Shown here in pieces: positions 18,437 through 32,397 of a DNA stretch of 64,000 bases; the stretch's first letter is position 1, and each line of letters starts with the position of its first letter. Source of the stretch: Defluviicoccus sp. (lineage in GTDB: Bacteria; Pseudomonadota; Alphaproteobacteria; MPNO01); assembly GCA_022826125.1 (NCBI GenBank), contig JAJDVM010000264.1, positions 1,553 to 65,552 of the forward strand, written 5' to 3'. The position numbers were made by a program, and so were the translations under genes. Below the pieces are notes generated by a model. The model had not been told where the DNA came from. It was given only the letters and a program-made list of their open reading frames with translations, and did no database searches.

Positions 18437-20281
18437 TCAGCGAGCCGCGTCCCGCATGAAGGCCCGCCAGATGCGCGCCGGGAGGCCGCCGCCGGTGACT
18501 TTCTTCATCGGCCGGTCGTCGTCGTTGCCGACCCAGACTCCGGCCACCAGATCGCCCGCGAACCCGACGAACCAGGCGTCGCGGAAGCCCTGGCTGGTGC
18601 CCGTCTTGCCGGCCTCCGACCCGCCCAGCCGCGCCGCGCGGCCGGTGCCGCCGCGGACGACCTCCCTCAGCATGCGCCGGAGCGCCTGCGCGCGGCCCTT
18701 CTCGATCACCCGGGCCTGCGGTCCGCCCGTCCGCCGGTAGAGCCGCTTTCCGCCCACCGCTTCCACCGACGCGATGCCGTAGGGCCACACCGCGACCCCT
18801 CCGTTGGCGACGGCGGCATAGGCCGCGGTGAGCTCGATCAGCGTGACTTCGCTGGCGCCGAGCGCGAGCGAGGGGTGGGGCGCGATCGGCGTGGTGATGC
18901 CGAGCCGGCGCGCCGCGTCGATCACCCGGCGGCGCCCCGCGCGCTCGCTCACCTGAACCGCGACGCTGTTGATCGACCTGGCGAAGGCGCGCCGGAGCGG
19001 CATCGCGCCGTGGAAGCGGCCGTCATAGTTGCGCGGCCGCCAGCCGGCGACGCGGACCGGCTTGTCGACGAAGACGCTGTCCGGCACGAGCCCGGCTTCG
19101 AGCCCGGCGAGATAGACGAACAGCTTGAAAGCCGAGCCCGGCTGGCGCCGCGCCTGGGTGGCGCGGTTGAATTGGCTCGCCGAATAGACGCGCCCGCCGA
19201 CCATCGCGCGAACCGCGCCGTCGAGCGACATCGCCACCAGGGCCACCTGCGAAACCCGGCGGGTCTTTTCCTCCTTCTCAAGCAGGGTACGGGCGTGGCG
19301 CTCGGCGATGCGTTGCAGCCGCGCGTCCATGGTGGTGCGGATCTCGACATCCCGCGACGTCCGTCCGATATACCCGACCGCCCGCTCCAGCGCCCAGTCG
19401 GCGAAATAGCGCGCGCCGGTCCCGGTCTCCGCGCGGAGGCGGAGCGGCGTCCGCCGCGCCGCCCGTGCCTCGGCTTCGGTGAGTTTCCCGGCATCGACCA
19501 TCGACCGCAGCACGCGGAGCCCGCGCTCTTTCGCCGCGTCCGCGTCCCGCACCGGCGAATAGCGCGACGGCGCCTTCAGAAGTCCCGCCAGCACCGCCGC
19601 CTCGAACAGCGAGAGATCGCCGACCGTTCCGCCGAAATAGCGCCTCGCGGCGGCCGCGACGCCATAGGCGCCAGAACCGAAATAGACCCGGTTGATGTAG
19701 ATCTCGAAGATCTGGCGCTTGGAGAACCGGGCTTCGAGCCAGAGCGCGACGATCGCCTCCTGGATCTTCCGCCTGACCGTCCGGTCCGGCGTGAGGAACA
19801 GGTTCTTGGCGAGCTGCTGGGTCAGCGTGCTGCCGCCCTGGCGGATCTTCCCGGCGCGGATATTGGCGACCGCCGCGCGGAGGATGCCCCAGACGTCGAT
19901 CCCCGGATGCTCGAAGAAGCGCCGGTCCTCGATCGAGCTGACCGCCTCGACGAAAAAGCCCGGGAGTTCGTCGAACCGGACCGCGCCGCCATAGAGCTGG
20001 CCGTAGCGCGCGAGCGTCGCCCCGTCGGCGGTTCTGAGCAGCACCGCCGGCCGGCGGGTCGGCGTCTCCAGCCGGGACAAATCGGGCAGGTCCCAGGCGT
20101 ACCAGGCGACCGCGCCGCCGGCGGCGACGCCGATCCAGATGCCGAGCACCAGGGTCCATCGGGCGAGCCTCGCGACCCAGCCGCGCCGCGCGGGACGACG
20201 TGCGCCGGGCTTCGCCGCCCCGCCGGGTTTGCGGTCCGCCCCTCCCTTTCCGTCCTGTTTCCCGGTTTGCCGCCGTGCCAT
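18437..20281 (-). CDS. class A penicillin-binding protein (PBP1A family transglycosylase/transpeptidase)
   Basis: Glycosyltransferase motifs EDRRFFEHPG and GGSTLTQQ. Transpeptidase motifs SAFK, SIN and KTGT. An N-terminal TM anchor is present. Confidence 0.9.
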   Translation of the reverse strand: MARRQTGKQDGKGGADRKPGGAAKPGARRPARRGWVARLARWTLVLGIWIGVAAGGAVAWYAWDLPDLSRLETPTRRPAVLLRTADGATLARYGQLYGGAVRFDELPGFFVEAVSSIEDRRFFEHPGIDVWGILRAAVANIRAGKIRQGGSTLTQQLAKNLFLTPDRTVRRKIQEAIVALWLEARFSKRQIFEIYINRVYFGSGAYGVAAAARRYFGGTVGDLSLFEAAVLAGLLKAPSRYSPVRDADAAKERGLRVLRSMVDAGKLTEAEARAARRTPLRLRAETGTGARYFADWALERAVGYIGRTSRDVEIRTTMDARLQRIAERHARTLLEKEEKTRRVSQVALVAMSLDGAVRAMVGGRVYSASQFNRATQARRQPGSAFKLFVYLAGLEAGLVPDSVFVDKPVRVAGWRPRNYDGRFHGAMPLRRAFARSINSVAVQVSERAGRRRVIDAARRLGITTPIAPHPSLALGASEVTLIELTAAYAAVANGGVAVWPYGIASVEAVGGKRLYRRTGGPQARVIEKGRAQALRRMLREVVRGGTGRAARLGGSEAGKTGTSQGFRDAWFVGFAGDLVAGVWVGNDDDRPMKKVTGGGLPARIWRAFMRDAAR

Positions 20282-20442
20282 GCCCAGCGTGTTCCATAAT
20301 GTCGTCCGGCGCGGGAAACATAGGTCATCCAGGGGCCGGCGTGCCGGCCGAAGTCGAATCCTCGGTACGCCCGGTACCTTGTCCGGCGAATTCGCAGCGA
20401 CTATGACGGAGCCCCGCTTCTCCGTCGGTTACCGGGCCGCCC

Positions 20443-22314
20443 ATGCTGACCCTTGAGAACATCGCCTGCCGCGTCGAGGGGCGCCCTCTTTTCGGTGGCG
20501 TGAACGCGCAGATCGGCGCGCGCCGCAGGCTCGGCCTGGTCGGGCGCAACGGGTGCGGCAAGACGACCCTGCTTCGTCTCATCGCCGGCCGGCTCGAGCC
20601 CGACGAGGGCAGGATCGTCGGCGCCCGCGGCCTTTCGGTCAGGCTGGTCGATCAGGAGGTGCCGGGCGGTCCGGAAACGCCGCGCGCCGCGGTGCTCGCC
20701 GCCGACGAGGAGCGCGCCGCCCTTGTCGCCGAAGCGGAAGGCGCCAGGGATGCGCGCCGCGCCGAGATCGAGGTCCGCCTCGGGGAGATCGGCGCGCATG
20801 CGGCGCCCGCGCGCGCCGCGCGGCTGCTCGCCGGGCTGGGCGTCGACGAGGCGATGCAGCGAACGCCGCTCGCCGATCTCTCCGGCGGATGGCGCATGCG
20901 GGTCGCGCTCGCCGCCGCGCTGTTCGCCGAGCCCGACCTGTTGCTGCTCGACGAGCCGACGAACCATCTCGATCTCGAAGCCGCCATGTGGCTGGAATCG
21001 CACCTCAAGCGCTATCCCCGGGCGCTCGTCGTGGTGAGCCACGACCGGGACCTGCTCGACGCGGTGCCCCAGGGCATTCTCCACATGGCGGGCGGCGGGC
21101 TGACCCTCTACCCCGGCAACTACACCCGCTTCGCGAAGACCCATGCCGAGCGACTCGCGGCCAGCGAGGCCCAGCAGGCCCGCATCGACGCGAAGCGGCG
21201 CCGGCTCCAGGGGTTCGTCGACCGTTTCCGCTACAACGCGCGCAAGGCCCGTCAGGCGCAGAGCCGCGTGAAGGCGCTCGAGAAGCTGGCGGACCTGCCC
21301 GTCGTCGCGGACGGGCACACCGCCGATCTCGCGTTTCCCGAGCCCGACGGGCTCAAGCCGCCGCTGGTGACCTTCGAGGACGCCGCCGTCGGCTACGAGC
21401 CGGGCCGCCCCGTGCTGCGCAACCTGAATCTCCGGATCGACCCGGACGAACGGATCGCGCTGCTCGGCGCCAACGGCAACGGCAAGTCCACCTTCGCGAG
21501 GCTCCTCGCCGATCTGCTGTCGCCCGAGCGGGGGACGGTGAGGCGGGCGCGCAACCTCGCGGTCGGCTATTTCGCGCAGCACCAGATCGATACGCTGCGC
21601 CCCGACGGCACCGCGTTCGGCCACCTCGCGCCCCTCATGCCCGACGCCCTGCCCGAGCGCGTGCGCGCCAGGCTGGGCGCCTTCGGCTTCAGCGGCGAAA
21701 AGGCGGATGTGCCGGTCGCCGCGCTTTCCGGCGGGGAGAAGGCGCGGCTCAACCTCGCGCTGATCACCAGCCGGTCGCCGCAGCTTCTGGTGCTCGACGA
21801 GCCGACCAACCATCTCGACATGGAAAGCCGGGAGGCGCTGGTCGATGCGCTGCAGGATTATGCCGGTGCGGTCGTGCTGATCGCGCACGACATGCACTTG
21901 GTCCAGCTCGTGGCCGAGCGGCTGTGGCTCGTGAAGGGGGGTACGGTCCGGCCCTATGACGGCGACCTCGCGGATTACCGGTCCGAAATCCTCGATCGCG
22001 CCGGGGAGCGGCAGGCGGACGGCCCCGCCCGCGCCGTTTCCGGCCGCAAGGCGGCCCGGCGGGCGGCGGCGGCCTCCCGCGACAGGCGGAAGCCCCTGAA
22101 GGACGCGGTGGCGGCGGCGGAAAGCCGGATCGCGCGCGCCCAGACGGCCCAGCGGTCGCTCCACGCGGCGCTCGCCTCCGCGGCCCGGGAGGACGATGCC
22201 GAGAAGATCGCCGCCCTGGGCAAGGAGCTGGCCGACGCCAGGCGCGCGGAGGAGGCGGCCGAAGGCGACTGGTTCGCTGCCTCCGAGGCGCTCGAACGCG
22301 CCGGACCGGGCTGA
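20443..22314 (+). CDS. ABC-F family ATPase (two ABC domains, no TM domain)
   Basis: Two Walker A motifs (GRNGCGKTT and GANGNGKST), two LSGG signatures, and a C-terminal charged coiled-coil tail. Confidence 0.9.
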   Translation: MLTLENIACRVEGRPLFGGVNAQIGARRRLGLVGRNGCGKTTLLRLIAGRLEPDEGRIVGARGLSVRLVDQEVPGGPETPRAAVLAADEERAALVAEAEGARDARRAEIEVRLGEIGAHAAPARAARLLAGLGVDEAMQRTPLADLSGGWRMRVALAAALFAEPDLLLLDEPTNHLDLEAAMWLESHLKRYPRALVVVSHDRDLLDAVPQGILHMAGGGLTLYPGNYTRFAKTHAERLAASEAQQARIDAKRRRLQGFVDRFRYNARKARQAQSRVKALEKLADLPVVADGHTADLAFPEPDGLKPPLVTFEDAAVGYEPGRPVLRNLNLRIDPDERIALLGANGNGKSTFARLLADLLSPERGTVRRARNLAVGYFAQHQIDTLRPDGTAFGHLAPLMPDALPERVRARLGAFGFSGEKADVPVAALSGGEKARLNLALITSRSPQLLVLDEPTNHLDMESREALVDALQDYAGAVVLIAHDMHLVQLVAERLWLVKGGTVRPYDGDLADYRSEILDRAGERQADGPARAVSGRKAARRAAAASRDRRKPLKDAVAAAESRIARAQTAQRSLHAALASAAREDDAEKIAALGKELADARRAEEAAEGDWFAASEALERAGPG

Positions 22315-22318
22315 GCCG

Positions 22319-26445
<4,127 letters not shown>

Positions 26446-26495
26446 GGTTGCCGCCCCCGCGTATGCGTTCTCCCGCGTTTCCTGCGCGCGAAGGG

Positions 26496-27614
26496 TCAAA
26501 CGCGCATCGGCATAAGGACGTAGAGCGCGCCGGGATCCGCGTTGTCGTGGACCAGCGTCGGCGAGGCCCCGTCCGAGAGCATGAACCTGGCGCCGTCCTC
26601 TCCGATGAGCTGGGCGATGTCGAGCAGGTAGCGCGAGTTGAAGCCGATCTCCAGCGGTCCGTCAGCGTATTCCACCTCGAGCTGCTCCTCGGCGCTGCCC
26701 GCCTCCGGGCTCGAGGCCGACAGCACGAGCGACCCGTTGTCGAGGCTGAGCTTGATCGCCCGGGTCTTCTCGGTCGCGATGGTCGAGACCAGGTCGACCG
26801 CCTTGGCGAAGTTCCTCGGATCGACCTGCAGCGTCTTGTCGTTGGCGAACGGGATGACGCGGTCGTAATCCGGGAACGTGCCGTCGATCAGCTTGGAGGT
26901 GAGGACGGTGGATTCGACCGCGACGCGGATCTTGGTGTCCGACAGCGTTATCGCGACCTCCTCCTCGCCGTCGTCGATCAGCTTGCGGACCTCGCCCACG
27001 GTCTTGCGCGGGACGATCACGCCGGGCATCTCCGCCGCTCCCTCGGGCAGCGCCATCTCCACCCGCGCGAGGCGGTGGCCGTCGGTGGCGACGATGCGGA
27101 GCTTGGCCCCGTCCTCGCCGTCCGCGGGGTGCATGTAGACGCCGTTGAGGTAGTAGCGGGTCTCCTCCGACGACATCGCGAAGCGCGTCCGGTCGATGAT
27201 CTCGCGCAGCGCCTTCGCGTCGATGACGAAGGCATGGGGCAGGTCGCCCTCGCTCATCACCGGGAAATCCTCGCTCGGCAGGGTGGCGAGCGATATCCGC
27301 GACCGGCCGCAGCGCACCATCAGCTGGTTCTGCTCGCCGCCGCTCGCGATCTCCAGCTCGGCGCCGTCCGGCAGCTTGCGCACCACGTCGAACAGGGTTT
27401 GCGCGGGCACCGTCGTCGCGCCCGGCTGGGCCACCGTGCAGGGCACCCGCTCGACGATGGCGATATCCATGTCGGTGGCCGTCAGCGACAGCGTCGCCCC
27501 GTCCGCGTTGAGCAGCACGTTCGACAGGATCGGTATCGTCGTGCGCCGCTCGATTACACCCTGGGCGTGCTGCAGCGACCGCAACAGCGCTCCGCGTTCG
27601 ATCGTGAGCTTCAT
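26496..27614 (-). CDS. dnaN: DNA polymerase III beta sliding clamp
   Basis: 372 aa from ATG 27614: MKLTIERGALLRSLQHAQGVIERRTTIPILSNVLL... Confidence 0.97.
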   Translation of the reverse strand: MKLTIERGALLRSLQHAQGVIERRTTIPILSNVLLNADGATLSLTATDMDIAIVERVPCTVAQPGATTVPAQTLFDVVRKLPDGAELEIASGGEQNQLMVRCGRSRISLATLPSEDFPVMSEGDLPHAFVIDAKALREIIDRTRFAMSSEETRYYLNGVYMHPADGEDGAKLRIVATDGHRLARVEMALPEGAAEMPGVIVPRKTVGEVRKLIDDGEEEVAITLSDTKIRVAVESTVLTSKLIDGTFPDYDRVIPFANDKTLQVDPRNFAKAVDLVSTIATEKTRAIKLSLDNGSLVLSASSPEAGSAEEQLEVEYADGPLEIGFNSRYLLDIAQLIGEDGARFMLSDGASPTLVHDNADPGALYVLMPMRV

Positions 27615-27815
27615 CGTCCCGGGATCCCCGTTTGAGGAATATCTCCTTCCGGATAAGGCGTGTTCCACCGAACCGGCGGGTGACGACCGGCGCCTCGGTT
27701 GCGCCCCGAGCGAGCCGCCGCGCGCACCGTCGCCACTATAGCACAACCTGTTGCTGCAATGGGAAGAATCAAGCGTTCGACGCGGCGGAACGGGATGCCG
27801 GAAACCGCCGCCGTT

Positions 27816-29228
27816 CTAGGCTTCCAGCATCCGGCGGAGCAGTTCCACGTCCTCGTCGAAACCGGGGTCGGACTGCCTGAGCTCCTCGACCTTCTGCACG
27901 GCGTACATGACGGTGGTGTGGTCGCGCCCGCCGAACTTCCGGCCGATCTCCGGCAGCGACCGCGAGGTGAGATGCTTGGCGAGGTACATCGCCACCTGGC
28001 GGGGCCGCGCGACCGCGCGCGACCGCCGGGCCGAGTGCATGTCGGTGAAGCGGATGTTGAAATGTTCCGCCACCCGCTTCTGGATCTCCTCGATCGTCAC
28101 GCGCCGCTCGTGCGCGCGCAGAAGGTCCTGCAGCACCTCCTGGCAGGTCTCGAGCGTGATGTCGCGCCCCACCAGGGTCGAATGGGCGACGATGCGGTTG
28201 AGCGCGCCTTCCAGCTCGCGCACCGAGGTGGTGATCTTGTGGGCGAGGAATTCGAGCACCTTGGGCGGAACCGCGACGCCGAGATGTTCCGCCTTGGATT
28301 GCAGGATGCCGACCCTGAGTTCGGTGGTGGTCCCGTGGATGTCGGCCACCAGGCCCCAGCCGAGCCGCGAGCGGAGCCGTTCCTCCATGCCTTCCAGGTC
28401 GGACGGCGACTTGTCCGCCGACACCACGACCTGCCGGTTGTTTCCGACCAGATCGTTGAAAGTATGGAAGAATTCTTCCTGGGTGTTTTCCTTGCCGTTG
28501 ATGAACTGGACGTCGTCGATCATCAGCACGTCGACCGACCGGAACTGCTCCTTGAACGCCATCGTGTCCTGGAAACGCAGCGCCCGGATGAACTGGTACA
28601 TGAATTTCTCGGCCGACAGGTACACCACGCGGCGGTTGGAGTGCCGCCCGCGGATGTGCCAGCCGATCGCGTGCATCAGGTGCGTCTTGCCGAGACCGAC
28701 CCCGCCATAGAGGAAGAGGGGGTTGTAGGTGGCGGTCGGCGACTCCGCCACCCGGCGCGCGGCCGCGTAGGCGAGCTCGTTGGGCTTGCCCACGACGAAG
28801 TTGTCGAAAACGAAACGCGGATCGAGCGGACCGCCGATGTCTCCCCCGTTGCGTTCGGGCCCGGGGGGGGCGGAGTTCGCCGCGGCCGCGGCGGGCGCCT
28901 CATCGGCGGGTTTGGCCGTTCGCGGCGACGGTCGGTCCGGCGCCGCGGCCATCCGCTTGCGCTCGCGCTTCGCCGGCTCGGCCTGGATCTCGATGTCGAG
29001 CTTCTCGATCGTGCCGTTCTCTTCGGTCCAGAGCTCGAGGATGCGCCCGGCGAAGTTCTCGTTCACGTAGTCGCGCATGAAGCGGGTCGGCGTGGCGATG
29101 CGCACCGCGTTCCCGTCGACGCCGAGCAGCGTCAGCGGCTTGAGCCAGCTGCGATAGGAAGAGTCGCCGACTTCCGCGCGGAGCAACCCCCTGACCCGTG
29201 CCCATTGCGCAGAAATCCGCGAGTCCAT
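27816..29228 (-). CDS. dnaA: chromosomal replication initiator DnaA
   Basis: 470 aa. The AAA+ motif is LFLYGGVGLGKTHL, and the C-terminal DNA-binding domain reads ...RPRQVAMYLAKHLTSRSLPEIGRKFGGRDHTTVMYA. Confidence 0.97.
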   Translation of the reverse strand: MDSRISAQWARVRGLLRAEVGDSSYRSWLKPLTLLGVDGNAVRIATPTRFMRDYVNENFAGRILELWTEENGTIEKLDIEIQAEPAKRERKRMAAAPDRPSPRTAKPADEAPAAAAANSAPPGPERNGGDIGGPLDPRFVFDNFVVGKPNELAYAAARRVAESPTATYNPLFLYGGVGLGKTHLMHAIGWHIRGRHSNRRVVYLSAEKFMYQFIRALRFQDTMAFKEQFRSVDVLMIDDVQFINGKENTQEEFFHTFNDLVGNNRQVVVSADKSPSDLEGMEERLRSRLGWGLVADIHGTTTELRVGILQSKAEHLGVAVPPKVLEFLAHKITTSVRELEGALNRIVAHSTLVGRDITLETCQEVLQDLLRAHERRVTIEEIQKRVAEHFNIRFTDMHSARRSRAVARPRQVAMYLAKHLTSRSLPEIGRKFGGRDHTTVMYAVQKVEELRQSDPGFDEDVELLRRMLEA

Positions 29229-29715
29229 CTTCGTTCCCGCCGGAATCAGTGTTCGTTCGGGGCAATTACGACGAACGCGAGCGCTTTCGCCGGACGATCC
29301 GCGCCGTCGAGCGGCGGGCCCTCATGTCCGATCGGGAGCCGCCGCCCAGGCGTCGATCCGAGGTCCGCCGGGCTCGTTCGAGGCCCGTATCGTATCAGCG
29401 TTCCCAACCCGCTCACCATGGCCCCGAAGCCAGCCCGCCCTCATTCAAGGAAATAAAACGACATCCGCCGCCGAGTATTGGTCCCGTATCGCGATAGTAT
29501 TGCGTAGAATTCGCAAGTATAGGGAACGCCCCGCCTGGTTTTTATTTGTTAGCGGACACCCCCACGCTGCCCTGCCTCAAAACAGTAGCTTCCCCGGACG
29601 GATCGCGCAATGGCGTGTTGGCGGGCAAAACGAATTATTGCAGAAAAAAGTCGCCGCCCGGAGCGTTCCGACGGCGGAAATCGGCCGGTCGGCGCCGGCC
29701 TCTCCCGGTGCGGGC

Positions 29716-29724
29716 TGTGGATAT
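29716..29724 (+). promoter_or_regulatory. DnaA-box-like site TGTGGATAT (8/9 match to TGTGGATAA)
   Basis: Read directly from the rpsT-dnaA intergenic region. It is the only near-consensus box I found there. Confidence 0.35.
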
Positions 29725-29761
29725 CGGGGATAGTTCGAAAAGCGCCGGCCCTCCCCCGACT

Positions 29762-29851
29762 CCTCCCGCGAGCGGGAGGGGGGGAAGATAAGGAGGAAGG
29801 GGAGGCGAGCGGATCCCCTCTCCCCGGCGGGGAGAGGGTCAGGGTGAGGGG
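29762..29851. repeat. REP-like GC-rich hairpin elements
   Basis: Hairpin CCTCCCGC-GA-GCGGGAGG (29762-29779). A second hairpin CCCTCTCCCC-GGC-GGGGAGAGGG (29816-29838) is followed by TCAGGGTGAGGGG. Both lie directly downstream of the rpsT stop. A related pair occurs at 39309-39390. Confidence 0.5.
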
Positions 29852-29862
29852 CCTTCCGGGCT

Positions 29863-30126
29863 CTAGCCGAGCGCCTTGACCCGTGCATTCAGCCGCGCGA
29901 CCTTCCGGGCGGCGGTGTTGCGGTGAAGGACGCCCCTGGCGACGCCCCGCATCAGCTCGGGCTGGGCCGCCTTCAGGGCCTTTTCGGCGGCTTCCCTGTC
30001 GCCCGCTTCGAGCGCGGCTTCGACCTTCTTCACATGGGTCCGGACACGGCCGCGGCGGGCGCCGTTGATGTCGGCGCGGCGGGCGTTGCGGCGCGTCCGC
30101 TTCTTGGCCGATTTGATGTTTGCCAT
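29863..30126 (-). CDS. rpsT: 30S ribosomal protein S20
   Basis: 87 aa: [25 protein letters not shown]... Confidence 0.95.
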   Translation of the reverse strand: MANIKSAKKRTRRNARRADINGARRGRVRTHVKKVEAALEAGDREAAEKALKAAQPELMRGVARGVLHRNTAARKVARLNARVKALG

Positions 30127-30241
30127 CGGTCGTACCCGTTGCCTGGTTCGGATGGGGACCGGCTTTTAGCCCGCCCGCCCCGCCCCGTCAACCGAGCGGG
30201 CGGCGGTTTACCTTGCGGCGCGACGGAACGATATTAGGCGC

Positions 30242-30790
30242 ATGACGCTGCTGAAGATCGCCCGCATGGGGCATCCGGTGCTGCTCCGGGAGGCCGAGCC
30301 GGTCGCCGACCCCACCTCGCGCGAGGTCCGCCGGCTGGTCGACGACATGGTCGAGACCATGGAGGACGCCAACGGCGTCGGCCTCGCCGCGCCGCAGGTC
30401 CATGTGAGCCGCCGGGTGATCGTCTTCAAGGCGCCCGCCGAACGGGCCGGACCCGACGGGCCGGAGGACGCCGAGACGCCGCTGACCGCCCTGGTCAACC
30501 CCGCCTTCGAGCCGGTCGGCGACGAGGTCGAGCTGGGCTGGGAGGGCTGCCTTTCGATCCCCGGCCTTACCGGCGCCGTGCCGCGCCATGCCCGCATCCG
30601 CTATCGCGGCACCGCGCCCGACGGGCGGGCGGTGGAGCGCGAGGCGCGGGGCTTCCACGCCCGCGTCGTCCAGCACGAGATCGACCATCTCGACGGCATC
30701 CTCTACACGATGCGGATGGACGATCTGCGCATGCTGGCCTTCTCGGACGAGATGCGCCATTTCGCCGAGGCGGCGCGGGCCGAGGAGTGA
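30242..30790 (+). CDS. def: peptide deformylase
   Basis: Motifs GVGLAAPQV, EGCLSIPG and QHEIDHLDG. Confidence 0.95.
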   Translation: MTLLKIARMGHPVLLREAEPVADPTSREVRRLVDDMVETMEDANGVGLAAPQVHVSRRVIVFKAPAERAGPDGPEDAETPLTALVNPAFEPVGDEVELGWEGCLSIPGLTGAVPRHARIRYRGTAPDGRAVEREARGFHARVVQHEIDHLDGILYTMRMDDLRMLAFSDEMRHFAEAARAEE

Positions 30791-31455
30791 GCGGTCCGAT
30801 GGCCGGACAGGACGGCGATCTCCACGACCGGCTGGTTCTCGCCGCGGTGCGGCATGCCGCGTCCGAAGGCTGGGTCCCGGCGGCGATCCGGGCGGGCGCG
30901 GCGGAGGTGGGGATCGACGAAATCGAGGCGCGGCGGATCCTGCGCGGCGGCCCGCGCGAGCTGTTCCGGGCCTTCAACGACTGGGCGGATGCGCAGATGG
31001 CGGAGGTGCTGGAAGCCGGCGGCGCCCGCGACCCGCGGCTCAGCGGACGGGTGGAGAGGGCGGTGCTGGCGCGGCTCGAGGCGCTCGCGCCCTATCGCGA
31101 GTCGGTCCGGCGCGGCGTCGCCTTCGCCGGGCTGCCGCAGAACGCGGCGCTCGCGATCGCCTGCTACGGCCGCACCGTCGACCGCGTCTGGCGCGCGGCC
31201 GGCGACCGGTCGCACGATTTCAGCTTCTACACCAAGCGCGCGCTGCTCGCCGGGGTGCTCGCCACCACCGCGCTGGTCTGGCTCGACGACCGCTCCGAAG
31301 GCGGCGAGGTCACCCGCGCCTTCCTGCGCCGCCGGCTCGCCGACGTGCTGCGGATCGGGAAACTGCGCGCCGGCGCGGAACGTCTGTCGCGGCGGCTCTC
31401 CGAACCCCTCCGCGCGCCGGCGGGGCTGAGACGCCGCAGGTCCCCGCTCTTCTAG
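30787..31455 (+). CDS. COQ9 family protein (rpsU-divergently-transcribed type)
   Basis: 222 aa: ...LAAVRHAASEGW...DWADAQM...RLEALAPYRE...FYTKRALLAGVLATT, a pattern I recall for bacterial COQ9-like proteins. GTG 30787 overlaps the def stop; ATG 30799 is an alternative start. Confidence 0.7.
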   Translation: MSGPMAGQDGDLHDRLVLAAVRHAASEGWVPAAIRAGAAEVGIDEIEARRILRGGPRELFRAFNDWADAQMAEVLEAGGARDPRLSGRVERAVLARLEALAPYRESVRRGVAFAGLPQNAALAIACYGRTVDRVWRAAGDRSHDFSFYTKRALLAGVLATTALVWLDDRSEGGEVTRAFLRRRLADVLRIGKLRAGAERLSRRLSEPLRAPAGLRRRRSPLF

Positions 31456-31461
31456 GGCGCG

Positions 31462-32316
31462 ATGCCGGGGACCGGTCGGATGGAGAGACGCGCCGGCGCG
31501 GGGATACTTCGGCGCGGCGCCGGCCTCGCGCTGGTCGCGGGCGCGCTGGCCGCGTCCGTTCCTGCCGCCGCGCGGCGGGCCGGTGAGCCGGTCGATCTCG
31601 AGCTGGTCATCGCGACCGATGTCTCGCGCAGCATCGATCGCGCCGAGGCGCTGCTGCAGCGCGAGGGGGTCGCCAGGGCGTTTCGCAACCCCGCGGTGAT
31701 TCGCGCCGTCCGGTCGGGCTTCATCGGCAGGATCGGCGTCGCCTATATCGACTATTCGAGCCGCGCCTACAACAGGATCGTGGTCGACTGGACGATCGTC
31801 CACGACCGCGCCAGCGCCGAGGCCTTCGCCGCCCGCCTGCTCGCGGCGCCGCTGACCTTCGGCCGGCGGACCTCGATCAGCGATGCCATCGAGATGGCGC
31901 GCGAGATGATCGAGTCCAACGCGCTCGACGGGACCCGGCGCGTGATCGACGTCTCCGGCGACGGGCCGAACAATCACGGGCGCCTCGTGGACGCGGTCCG
32001 CGACGCGACCGTCGCCCGGCGCATCACCGTCAACGGGCTTCCGATCGTGAACGAGCGCGGCGCGTTCAACAGCCGGTTCTACCTGCCGGACCTCGACAAA
32101 TACTATCTCGGCTGCGTGATCGGCGGGCCCGGCGCGTTTCTCGTCGTCGCCAACAGCTTCGAGGACTTCGCCCGCGCCATCAGGCGGAAGCTGATCCTCG
32201 AGATCGCGGGCGCGCCGCCCGCCGGCCTCATCCGGGCATCCTCGCCCACCGGCTACGTCTATCCCAGGGGTTGCGACATCGGCGAGCGCATGTGGAACTT
32301 CTGGAACGATCCGTAG
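31462..32316 (+). CDS. DUF1194 (vWA-like) domain protein, secreted
   Basis: A signal-like N-terminus is followed by DLELVIATDVSRSID...IDVSGDGPNN...TVNGLPI, typical of DUF1194. Confidence 0.75.
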   Translation: MPGTGRMERRAGAGILRRGAGLALVAGALAASVPAAARRAGEPVDLELVIATDVSRSIDRAEALLQREGVARAFRNPAVIRAVRSGFIGRIGVAYIDYSSRAYNRIVVDWTIVHDRASAEAFAARLLAAPLTFGRRTSISDAIEMAREMIESNALDGTRRVIDVSGDGPNNHGRLVDAVRDATVARRITVNGLPIVNERGAFNSRFYLPDLDKYYLGCVIGGPGAFLVVANSFEDFARAIRRKLILEIAGAPPAGLIRASSPTGYVYPRGCDIGERMWNFWNDP

Positions 32317-32381
32317 GCGCGGGCATGACGGAAAAATGTCGCTGGTATCCCGCCCGTCGCGTTGTCTGCATGAGCCCCCAA

Positions 32382-32397
32382 TGTTTCACGTGAAACA
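32382..32397. other. parS centromere-like site (perfect TGTTTCACGTGAAACA)
   Basis: An exact 16/16 match to the palindromic ParB-binding consensus. The palindrome extends to 20 bp, AATGTTTCACGTGAAACATT (32380-32399), and abuts the purK stop codon. Confidence 0.85.

Noticed and set aside
27615-27815. The dnaA-dnaN intergenic spacer, considered as oriC
   Set aside because: It has only weak DnaA-box-like sequences (TCCGGATAA, TGTTCCACC) and no AT-rich unwinding element. At 200 bp it is too short and too GC-rich.
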